DNA of 55,364 nucleotides, filler included, from Squatina squatina (Eukaryota): the NCBI GenBank assembly GCA_031763465.1. It is 3 parts of 3 records of this genome, joined end to end, with 100 filler letters (N's around TTAATTAATTAA, not from the genome) between each part and the next. Parts side by side here need not be neighbours in the genome. Positions count along the whole stretch, not along the records: positions 1 to 21,399 come from JARFOE010000016.1; positions 21,500 to 36,324 come from JARFOE010674872.1; 1 more part is not named here. The stretch is one strand, 5' to 3'. Under the pieces are notes generated by a model. That model made no database searches. It was given only the letters and a program-made list of their open reading frames with translations, and had not been told where the DNA came from. The position numbers and the translations under genes were made by a program. Of this stretch, positions 13,834 through 24,919 are shown one piece after another. Within the stretch, counting starts at the first letter, position 1, and every line of letters begins with the position of its first letter.

Positions 13834-15554
13834 TTTGAAGCTGTGTCACCTTGATAATCAAATAAAAAGCAGAGCTGGTTGATTGAGTTACTAGCAAAAG
13901 CTATAATCACTGGACTTCCACATTTCTTCCAGCAGAGTTAGAAGGGTCAACGTATACAGCAGAGAGGTTTGATGCAACCAGCGAACAACTGCATCAGCTG
14001 AACACAGCATCAGGTAAGATATGAAGGGGTTATAATATTTCACTAAGGGATTGCTTTTCTGCTATATATTCTACGTCATTTAAAATTAGTTTTCTGCAAA
14101 TTAAACAGAAAATACGATTATTATTTAATTTACACTAATAATCAAATATTTCAGATTGTTGATATTTAGGTGATTTTTTTAAACCTCAGATTTTATGGAA
14201 AAAGCTAACGATATGATTGTACACAGCAGGTGTAATGGTACAACACTATTAATTATTGTTGTCAGGGTCTTTATACATTAAGTGTGCCCAATTCGACTGC
14301 CCTGAGTTTCTGGCGCTAAGGGACAAATTGGGGAGCGCAAAGTTCAGGTCTTTGAAATTTTTGTTTTAAATTCGAGCAGTTTGACACTTAGAAAAAAACT
14401 CAGACAGCTTTAAAAAACATGCTAATTTCNNNNNNNNNNNNNNNNNNNNNNNNNNNNNNNNNNNNNNNNNNNNNNNNNNNNNNNNNNNNNNNNNNNNNNN
14501 NNNNNNNNNNNNNNNNNNNNNNNNNNNNNAATGCTTCGCAATAAGCTGGGGCGACTCTATTCTGTTGGCATTTTACGAGGTTGACAGAAACTGCATTCGT
14601 TCGATTTATGGTTTCGTTGCATATATAAAATTATTCATCTGAATACCCGACCGCGTTTGGCTAAAACACCTGAGCTACGAAACGCTCGGCATATGTGGTT
14701 CTGAATGTTAAAGTTACCCTGTCTTTAGTCTCACGTCACGTAGAGTTCTGGGCAGCCGAGCATAATAGATGATCTTGAAGCGTTTAGTTAAGAACTAGAA
14801 TGTGGACTTTAATGTTTGTTTTAGGTTTTAATTTTTTTTTTTAAAAAAAGAGTTTTCACAAAATGAAATTCAATTCATACCCAAAAACTAGCCATTATCT
14901 TATAAATTACATTGTTTTCGGTACCGGCATGACTAAAAAAAAAAATTCACTCTTTAAAACGGTCTCCAGATCTGTATTACTATTCCGTTTAACACGCCAG
15001 CAAATGAATGAAAGCAGGAGCCCTGTTAAAAAAAAATGCAGAAGCTTCACTCTCTGCAGCTGCTTCCGAAATGACAATAATAAAAGTCGAGAGCAATTGG
15101 CACAGTCATATGATCACTCAATTCCTGGTAAAGTGAATCGCTGGAACTGCATTAAAATTACCCCTACTATAAGACGCTTAAGAGGAAAAGCTCAGCTTTG
15201 TGCCGAGACTTGATTGCAGACATCCCTTGTTTATCCGAGTATGTCTGTAGCTGTGCCCATACAACTTAAATCAGTGCATGCTACTCCGTCCCTTCTCGTT
15301 GGCTTTATACCCGCTTTGGAATAAAAATACTGTAGCTTGCCTTGTGCTAACTGTTTCAGTGGCATATTGGGGAAAGCACACACTTTTTCATTATTATCGA
15401 TGCTGGATGTCTGCACTTCAGATTTACAACTTAAGCAGACCGTTATGATGCGCAAAATGCAACCTTAGCCCGGGATAACGGGCGACACTTGGCANNNNNN
15501 NNNNTGTAATTCTATCGGATATATAAGACGGCACAGAGTATCAGCAGATCTTAC

Positions 15555-15808
15555 TTTTCTTGTTTTAAGTCCTCTTTAATTGATGCCAGTGGCGTATAAT
15601 TGGTGCTCTGCAAACGGCAAGTGGCCAGATGCCGCTGGTGCTCCTCTTTGAGAGAGGCGTTCTCCTTCCACAGCTCGGCCACTTGCTGCTCCAGCTCCTC
15701 GATGCGCTTCTTCTGGTTCTCCAGCAACTCTTGCTGGGTCTCGATTATTTTATTCAGCTCTTTCAGGTATTCCACAGCTCGGTTCGGGTTCTCCGCTGCG
15801 CCTTCCAT
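15555..15808 (-). CDS. IQSEC1: IQSEC1 long-isoform first exon (N-terminal coiled coil)
   Basis: gccATGG Kozak context; [30 protein letters not shown] matches the IQSEC-family N-terminal coiled coil; donor GAA AA|gtaaga (phase 2). Paralog assigned from the other IQSEC1 exons and NUP210 synteny. Confidence 0.9.
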
Positions 15809-16040
15809 GGCGAGCAGACGCCGTGCACGAGTCCGCGCGTCCGCGAGAAAACAAATCTCAGCCTTCCTTTAATACTTGAGGTAAACGCAAAGCGCTTTTC
15901 CCCAGCTGCTTTCCGCCATTGTTTGTTTTGCACTGAGTAAGTGAGCGTGTGGCTGGAGATTTGGCCACAGCCGCATGCCGTCCAGCTGAGCTCAATGTTC
16001 ATCACACGCACCGCCTCAACGTGCGTTTCACCAGCTCGCT
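15620..16040 (-). promoter_or_regulatory. CpG-rich promoter/5'UTR of the IQSEC1 long isoform
   Basis: Local CpG enrichment (e.g. cgccgtgcacgagtccgcgcgtccgcga) around the ATG in a CpG-poor background. Confidence 0.55.
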
Positions 16041-16584
16041 GTACTTAATTGAGGGGACTACATTTAAAAAGGCAATTCCATTCTCATTTCCTATCTTTCA
16101 GCGCCTGTTTTGTACATCGCTTGAAGGTAAAATGTGAAAAGAAGTCACTGGGGATGTTCAAAGGACTGAATCAAGCTTTACCTTCGAATTATAACTCTTC
16201 GTGGGTCCCACCAAATTACGTGGTTCGGGTGAAGAACACAAATAATTTACCAAGTAAACTGTGCTAGTTAGCCAAGACAATTGTGATTAGCTTAACAGCG
16301 TTGTAACAGAATTTCTGCAAGCTGTAGTTTAAAATATTCACTTTGCAAACTTTGTAGTGCAGCCTATTTAATCATTCAACAATTCAATTTAATAAAATGC
16401 AACACAACACATAATTACAATACATGTTTTACACCAGATAGTTCTAAAATACGACGTCACTGAGTTAAAGGTAGACTTGCCATTATATAGTGCCTTTCAT
16501 GATTCCAAAACACTTTGCATCCAATGAAGTGCTTTTGAAGTACAGTCAAATTGCACACAGCAAATATGGACACAAATATGGACA

Positions 16585-16908
16585 AAAGAGCTGAATTCCA
16601 GAGGTGAGAATGACTACCCTTGACATCAAGGCAGCATTTGACCGTGTGTGACATCAAGAAGCCCTAGTAAAATTCAAATCAATGGGATCAGGGGGAAAAC
16701 TCTCCACTGACTCAAGCCATACCTAGCACAAAGGAAGATGGTTGTAGTTGTCAGAGGTCAATCATCTCAGCCCCATGTCACAGTTGCAGGAGTTCCTCAG
16801 GGCAGTGTCCTCGGCCCAACCATCTTCAGCAGCTTCATCAATGACCTTCCCTCCATCATAAGGTCAGAAGTGGGGATGTTCGCTGATGACTGCACAGTGT
16901 TCAGTGCC
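16585..16908 (+). mobile_element. LINE (CR1/L2 group) reverse transcriptase fragment
   Basis: LDIKAAFDRV, GVPQGSVLGP and MFADDC RT motifs; internal stop codons. Confidence 0.9.
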
Positions 16909-17339
16909 NNNNNNNNNNNNNNNNNNNNNNNNNNNNNNNNNNNNNNNNNNNNNNNNNNNNNNNNNNNNNNNNNNNNNNNNNNNNNNNNNNNNNNNNNNNN
17001 NNNNNNNNCATTTCTGGCTGAACCTCGCTATGCTATCCACTGTTTCAAGAGAGCCGCACCCTAACCCCCTCAACAGCACACATTCACTCCTCGAAGGTTA
17101 TTTCAAGGATCCTGCTATAAAAAAACAGCCAAGTTGTGTATCACGGGCTGAACATTATTGCAACTTCTCAATTGTAGCATAGTATTAAAATACATTCCCT
17201 GTCATTTTACAGGAAATGTATCAAATTGTTTTATTTAACCCATCAATTGTTTCAACAAAAATAATCAATCCGTAAAATCTAGTCACAAACCAAAAAAACA
17301 GAACGAATGCACAGTCTCAGCATGTGTTNNNNNNNNNNT

Positions 17340-17534
<195 letters not shown>

Positions 17535-17593
17535 TCATACATTAGGTGTTCACATGGCTTGAGACAGTTACAAATGGTCGTTTATGTGCTTAC

Positions 17594-17814
17594 CTTCCTG
17601 ATTAACTAGATTACTGCTAAAACAGATGATATCACCAACCACAAGTTCTCCCAGCAAGTCAGGATAGATGAAATGTTCAACAGGCAAGGGAACATAATCT
17701 GCTATGCCAGTGTGTTCTGTGTCCCAGACACTCAGCAAAGTGAGCCCCACATTCACAGTCCTTATTATATAGGTATTATTACTGGTTCCTTTGCCAATCT
17801 GCACCAGGTCATCC
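17594..17814 (-). CDS. NUP210: NUP210 internal exon (DDLVQIGKGTSNNT...FSSNLVNQE)
   Basis: ctgaag|G GAT GAC...GAA G|gtaagc; aligns to recalled gp210 [31 protein letters not shown]. Confidence 0.92.
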
Positions 17815-18098
17815 CTTCAGAAATCAAAATGTACATTAATTATCTAATCAATAATGGTGACGTTAATGAACAAAAATAATGAATTTTGATATAAACATAC
17901 TGTATTTAATGTGAAATGTTGTGTCTTTTATTCCAAATACTTCAGCAGAAAAATGTATACTTTTCAATCGGGTTCATGTTTATTTGTTCAAAAGAACCCT
18001 CAGACTAAAAACATCTGTAGATTGCTTGTCTAATTTTCTTAAATTGAGGCATGTTTTATTTTGGATTAGAAAGTTTCTGGAGGAAGGAGTAAACCTAC

Positions 18099-19717
18099 TG
18101 GCATCGGGACTACACCGGGAATATGGTCCTTTGAATTTTCCGGGATATGCGCCACCCTGAGATGTTTGTCGCCGGACAGTTTCTGAAGGTCTTCTGATAA
18201 TTTCTGAGCCAGTTCAACCTCAGAATTAATGATGTTGTACTTCCCCTCATTGACTAGTTCAGCAAAATGCCCTGCTACCCCTGCACCGGTTTCAGCAAAG
18301 GCATAGTTATCAGCGACCAGCTTTCCAGCTGTGCGGAAAATCCATGGTATTTTGGCACGAAGCTCAATGATGCCCAGTGCAACATCCATGGCTTCGTTGG
18401 CTGGGACTGTAACATGCGGTTCAGCTCCAGAAACGCTCCATACCTTTCCAGTGGTGGCGCTCAGGACAACTTGATTTGGAATAGATACATAGAGATTGCT
18501 ATTTTCGATCCTGTATGTGCCCACAGACAAGGCGCCTCCTANNNNNNNNNNAGTTGGCTCCCCTATGACTGTTGCCCTATCCAGGTCTTTCATTGCTCTT
18601 GTGAATGCCTCTGCGGCAGAACCTGTAATGTGACTGGTTAAGATGTAGATATCCTTATGAGGGGCGTACCTTTGGCCCAGTACCTTAGGCATTGTCCATA
18701 TTTCTGAACTAGTCAAGGAAGAGCGGTCAAACACAGTGTAAAGGTGACGGACAGGTTCTGGGCCAAAGAAGTAAGAGCATAAAATTGGAATGGCCGTTGA
18801 ATATCCACCAATGTTGTATCTCATATCAATAATCAAAGTGTCCGTATTGACCAGTTTGTTCCACACTTGGTCTAGTAATTGTGGGCCAATAACCTTGATG
18901 ATTTCTGCGTTGGCCATCATGTCAAATCGCAAGTACCCTATATTGTTTGGTAGCACTTCAACCTTGAAAAGGGCATGAATGATGTAGCTGAGCTCGTCAG
19001 GCGAGGGGATTTTGTCAGCGTGGTCTTCCAGGACATTAGGTTCGGCGTCGCTGTAGAAAACGTGAAGTCGGTGATCACCCGAAGTCTCCTTGAGGTCCGA
19101 GGTCAACTGAGAAGCCAACGACTCATAATCGACAACGGGACGATACAAACCTTCCAAGCACTTTGAACTGAGCACCGTGCTGATCTCGGCAGCCACCTCT
19201 GGGATGGCATAGTGGACCTTTAGGAGATTCCCTGTATGTTGCACCAGCTCAAACACCTCAGCGTGGAACGTGATAATATCCTTCGTCTTGTCCAGCGCCT
19301 CTTCAGCTAGTACTATCGCATCCGGCACCACACCGCCGCCTAACCAATAGTCGCCGTTATTATCTAAGAAATTTATGAAGGGGATAGTGATGACTAAATT
19401 GGTAGGTTCTATTTGAAAAGACCCGGAGTGAAGTAGAGTGCCAGATGTAATCTCCCCAATCACCGTGCCTCTGCTCAGTGACTGCATTAGGTAGGCGAGT
19501 TCTTCAGCTGCCGAGGCAGTACGATGACTGGTGAGCACATAGACGCCCTTTTTAGACCCATAAGTTCCTTCCATATCCGGAAGAGTGCAGTAGTCTTTGG
19601 TGGTGTTGCTCAGCCTGTTATATACAGTGAAAAAGCGAACGGGTGGTGCTTGATCTTGGAAATGGGAGAGCAACACAGGCAGGGCATCCGAATTGCCACC
19701 GATGTTATACCTGAGAT
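18099..19717 (-). CDS. RBP3: Retinol-binding protein 3 (IRBP), 3' part of the large exon 1 (end of module 2, module 3, start of module 4)
   Basis: About 540 open codons across a 10-N gap: DLRYNIGG..., [61 protein letters not shown]. Donor CCA|gtaggt is at the position where human exon 1 ends (IPGIVPMQ). The 5' part is lost in a gap. Confidence 0.95.
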
Positions 19718-20915
19718 NNNNNNNNNNNNNNNNNNNNNNNNNNNNNNNNNNNNNNNNNNNNNNNNNNNNNNNNNNNNNNNNNNNNNNNNNNNNNNNNNNN
19801 NNNNNNNNNNNNNNNNNGTACTATATATATGATCTCCTGTGCCGTTGCTCATGGTGAATCTTACAAGTTGCTCGCAAAAAAGTGTAATGTGGAAAATATT
19901 ACAGGAAGTAAGTGTTCTTTTTTCCAGACTTTCAATTTATTAGAGCTATGTTCCTCATCAGGCTTGATTGACAACATCTCTATTATAAAACAGTGTATCC
20001 TCCAACTCTGAGCAACACCACTGGAGATCGAATATATACTCGCTGATGTTGCATGGCATTGCTTGTGGTAAATCAGAGGTTTTAAAGAACAGGTTTTATA
20101 AATCAGGATCACATTTATCAGTATTGGGATGGCTCCCGGATCTGGGAGCATTTGAAAGGAGGTCTGGTGGCTAGTCATAAATCAATGGAGCATAGACATG
20201 ACTCGAGGATTTCAGAAGATTGCAGTGGGGCAGTGCGGCAGTGCTTGGGGCTGGTAGCTTGCAGGCCAGCCCTCAGATCAAGAGGCAGGGGGTGGATATC
20301 AGGATTCAGACCATCAGTGGGTTCGGGGGTGGGGGTGAAAAGAGTTGCAGAACACTGACTGAACCAATGTATGGCAGTATTGGGGGAGATTCAGAGTCTG
20401 ACAGACTTAAGGGAGAGGGAGATGCAGGAAAATTAAGCCCAAATTGGCTGTATGGTCCTTTTAAGATCATCAGGTAACACTACCCCCTCCATTGCTTTCC
20501 TCACTGCCAGCCAGTTCCTGCCTTAAAGCACTTAGTGAATTTGCTGATGTACAGCTTTTATTAAAACAGTAATTTCCATAAACAAACAAAACTGACCGTA
20601 TGAATGCTCAACATAATTTATGTAGGTTTCACGTTTTTATACAAACCAGAAAAAATATCTTTATATCCCCAAAATAGTTTTGAAGTCTCTCAGGAAAAAG
20701 ATTTAACTGAATTTGGAGCTAAAATGGAGAGGAAGGATTTGCCAATAATTGACAAGATTAACCAATCAAGAGGAACCCGATAATNNNNNNNNNNNNNNNN
20801 NNNNNNNNNNNNNNNNNNNNNNNNNNNNNNNNNNNNNNNNNNNNNNNNNNNNNNNNNNNNNNNNNNNNNNNNNNNNNNNNNNNNTCATTCTTTCAAAGCT
20901 GAAACATGTTACTTA

Positions 20916-21059
<144 letters not shown>

Positions 21060-21399
21060 TTAAGATGAAACCAGTTTCCATTAAAGATATAGATAAACCA
21101 TGTATAATTTGAACAAGTTACATACACTTTTAGAAGCAATGGGCTTTCCTAATAAATTATTGCAAAAACCTATCGAGCTTTGTCTAAAGCTAAGCTCAAT
21201 GTTCCTCATTTTGTTCTCATAACTTCTGATTCCTAGGATTCTCTTAGTTTGTCGCCTCTATGGCCCGGATTTTGCGGTCAGCGGCGAAGCGATAGCACTC
21301 ACTGCTGACCTTGAAGAAAGCTGCCCACAAAGATCTAGCGATCCCTGTGGTGTCGATTTCACCTCTCCCAACGTTAATTTGAATCTGACGCCAAGTCTA

Positions 21400-21499
21400 N
21401 NNNNNNNNNNNNNNNNNNNNNNNNNNNNNNNNNNNNNNNNNNNTTAATTAATTAANNNNNNNNNNNNNNNNNNNNNNNNNNNNNNNNNNNNNNNNNNNN
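21400..21499. other. Artificial contig linker N44-TTAATTAATTAA-N44
   Basis: Palindromic 12-mer with stops in all six frames, centred in a 100-nt gap. Confidence 0.95.
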
Positions 21500-21610
21500 A
21501 AAGTACGATCAGAAAGCAGAAATACAAACCTGAGGTTACTCACCAATCAGCTGCTTCCTCCCGACCGCGTCACTTTTTGAAATCTGATGCGCTGAGGGAA
21601 TGTTGCAAAG

Positions 21611-21825
21611 AGTCGCTCCCGCCTCTCCAAGCACTCCTGGGCATCTGTGAAAACAAAGCCCCGCGCTCAGTTTTTAAACTGACCATACGGACGCTGCTCC
21701 AGTCGCTCCCGCCTCTCCAAGCGCTCCTGGGCCTCTGTGAAAACAAAGCCCCGTGCTCAGTTTTTAAACTCACCGTACGGACACTGCTCCAGTCGCTCCC
21801 GCCCCTCCAAGCGCTCCTGGGCCTT
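21611..21825. repeat. 90-bp tandem repeat, about 2.4 copies
   Basis: agtcgctcccgcc recurs at 21611, 21701 and 21791. Confidence 0.92.
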
Positions 21826-21845
21826 TCGTGGTATGATTCACACAG

Positions 21846-21886
21846 CTCTCTCTCTCTCTCTCTCTCTCTCTCCTTTCTCTCTCTCA
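21846..21886. repeat. (CT)n microsatellite
   Basis: Direct reading. Confidence 0.95.
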
Positions 21887-22987
21887 CTTAACTCTCTCCT
21901 TATAGATTCCCCCTCACTCCATTTCCCTCTCTCCTCTCCATCTCGCCGCACATTATTCAATCTCTTGCTCAGTGCCTTTTTCCCACATCAGATTCAATCC
22001 TAAAATGCTGCACCTGCATTCTGTTCCCGAGCAGATTGTTCAATGATTCTATTCTCAGATTCAAACTTGTTCAATGGTTCAGTCTCTGTGAGTAGATTAA
22101 TGTTTCTCCAGACCATGCAAGACAGCAGCTTGATCCCCTACACTCATCACTGTATCTGCATTGCACCAAACCGAAAGAATCGAATGTTTCTTCCAGACAG
22201 ACAGACAATGAATCTCCCTTCTCCTGTCATTCTAACGTTAGATGGCGCGATTGTCATTTAATGGAAGGCCAATGTCATGGCAGCTGCGTATAATTTCAAT
22301 ATTAATGGAATGGGCACCTGATGAGAACAGATACAGTGCAAACTGATACAGCGTAAACTCACAACTGATAATATTACAATGATGTCCAGTTACAGTCAGT
22401 GAATTGATCCACACTGAATGAGGGAAAGAGAGGTGAAAGTGTGAGCAGCCAACGCCGTGCTGCTGCCAGAACTCTCAACTTGCGCCAGATACTCAAACCG
22501 TGAAATAATATATTTTAACAGTGATAACCAGTACATACATTCAAATCCCAGTTAGTCTGGAACGCATTACTGTGGAGGGAGGACATTGTGCTTTCTACTT
22601 CCAACATTGCAACCGTGAGCTGTCTCATTATCAATCGCTAAAGCCGCATTGAAACAAAAATCAGAACAGGTTATTACTCAAAATGAAGCTGTGAGCATCT
22701 CCTGATGATATGTTACCTGCTCTTCGCCCAGACACCTGATTCCAGTGCTGTCAGCACAGAGATTATTCCAATAACAATGCCAGGTTTGGAGAAACCAAGA
22801 CCATTACAGATATAATGCACGTCCTTCAAGACCAAAAGAGCCGAGACTGAGGCTGAGGACATCACATCCTTCAACAGCTGGAACTGAACAGGCAGCTCTG
22901 GAAAACACACAGGGAGTAAAACATAACGAAACACAGCAGCACAGTTAGCACCGATGCACACCATTAATAGCTGATATATCGGCTTAC

Positions 22988-23057
22988 CAGAAACTCCAAC
23001 GGCTGCAACAACAGGAAAGTAAATGTGTTCTATCTGATCGATTACGGGATATCCCAT
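22988..23057 (-). CDS. First exon of a GPR139/GPR142-like class A GPCR (MGYPVIDQIEHIYFPVVAAVGVS)
   Basis: gcaATGG start; IYFPVVAAVGV resembles the YYPxxAxxGVP TM1 start; phase-1 donor G|gtaagc at the GPR139 intron position. Exon 2 not found in the window. Confidence 0.7.
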
Positions 23058-23142
23058 TGCTGTGAGAATCAGCGACTTCAGTTGGAGTAGAACACACAGG
23101 TCCAGCAGGCACTCTGAGCTAACCCACTCCAATGGGCCCTGA

Positions 23143-23148
23143 TTTATA
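23143..23148 (-). promoter_or_regulatory. Candidate TATA box of the GPCR gene
   Basis: TATAAA on the minus strand about 85 bp upstream of the ATG. Confidence 0.5.
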
Positions 23149-24919
23149 CAGTGGATAAATCTCCACTGACACGGTAACACCACTGAACATTGCTATTAGT
23201 TACAGACACTTGAACAAACAAATTACATCAGGACATTTGACTCCGATGCAAAGAATGTGTTGGATAAAACACAAACATCCCACAGGTTAGGACATTACCT
23301 TAATGAGACCTCTCTTGCGAATAAGGTCGAAAGCTGTGCCCACAGAGCACTGAATTAACAATGAGAAGAGGCTCCACTTACCATTTTCATTAATTCTGTT
23401 TGCCATATTGACACCTTCTGATTCATTTACGAATGTTACCGATTTCTTCCCAGGGATTACTGCATCTAGGGACACAGGCATACCATTTGCACTTTGACCC
23501 TGCCGTTTTCCAGTTAAAATGTGGACACTCAGTCTCTGATACAGGGTCATTTAAAGGCCGCGTTCAGGAGTGGAGACTGGAATTATCCACATGATATTCG
23601 GGTAAGGACCCTGAACGTGTGCCACTGACATTTATTTCTCCATTATTTTACTGCACAATGTTTAACTGTTTATTCTATATTGCTTAACGGCTGCAGTAAA
23701 ATTAGAACTGTCCCACCTCCTTACTCCATCCCTCCAGTTAACTCCAGTTAACAGCGGCCACGCCACACTTCACCTTCCATAAATGTCAACCGATCCAAAA
23801 CTCTGCTGTCCAAGTCCAGCCCTTCCCAAGTCCCGTTCGACCACAGAGCCTCATTACCTTGAATCCCGCTTCCCCCAATTGTTATTGTTAGCATTCGGGT
23901 TAAAATTGTTACCTCTGGGTTTAAATACCTTCATCGTCTTATCCCTAGCCATCTCCGCCCTCTGCTCTAAACCTGTAACAAACCCACCCGTGATCTCTCC
24001 ATACCTTTGGCATGGGCTTCTTTCAGTGCGACTAACCAACTTGGTTCCAGTCTTACCGATCAGATCGTAGCCAAAGCATCTCCAGCAAAGGCTGAGCGTC
24101 CCATATCAGCACCATTAACTCTCGAGTCCCTGAAATTGTCCCCTCCTCAGAATTATCTACATGCTGCCTCTTGTGATATCATCTGCAGTCTTGGCAGTCA
24201 GCTTCCACACTTCCACTGAGAACACCCAGCTCCCACTCTTTACCATCACAACTCTCACTTTACTAACACTGTGTTAATCAACTGCAATTGTCTGTTTTCC
24301 ATGAGCTGTCCGTTGCTCCAATTAAACCCTGTCAAGAGCGAAGCCATCAACGTTGGTCCCACCACAACATCCATACCCATGACAATGATTCAATCTCCAT
24401 CCTTACTGTTGCCTTAGACTCAATATGGTGTATTTCAATCTTTGATACATTTGTGTCCCTGATTTGCGTTTCTGCCCTAATTTCCTTCCCATTGGAACAC
24501 AAACCCATTTCCGCCTTTATAACATCGTGAACTCTGACCCGGCCTCAGTTCTGCTGACATTGAAACTCCCAAATAATAATTTATCAGTTTCAGACTCAGC
24601 GGCCTCTCTTCCAATTTGCCTTGCTTTTCGTGGGACTTCAATTGCGTGCTTCAAAGTTTACCTACCTGATTAGAGCTAGAGAATATCGAACAATGGTTTC
24701 TCTCGCCATCCTGCTTCCGGAGTCACCGTTCTCTTTGATGAATCCCAAGGCTCTATCCTCGCCTTCTCTTCTTCGTCATCTGCACGGGTGGTTTTGGAGC
24801 TTCCCTCCAGATATATGTGCCCAGCTTTTACAATTAAGGTGACCACTCCAGTTGCAACTCTCCATATCATGGAACCATGGATCTTGGATTCAGAGAACTC
24901 GACAGCCTTCCGCCCCCTT

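Noticed and set aside
17594-19717. In-frame RBP3-NUP210 fusion protein
   Set aside because: A phase-0 donor joined to the phase-2 acceptor gives GGA TGA, an immediate stop.
21444-21455. TTAA piggyBac target site or homeodomain palindrome
   Set aside because: It is centred in Ns and duplicated exactly at 36369-36380, so it is a synthetic linker.
21611-21825. CRISPR-like array (also considered for 49965-50250)
   Set aside because: The units are contiguous with no unique spacers, there are no cas genes, and the context is eukaryotic.
22713-23183. 156-aa ORF as a single protein
   Set aside because: It runs through the TATA region and past the strong splice donor at 22987; only 22988-23057 is GPCR-like.
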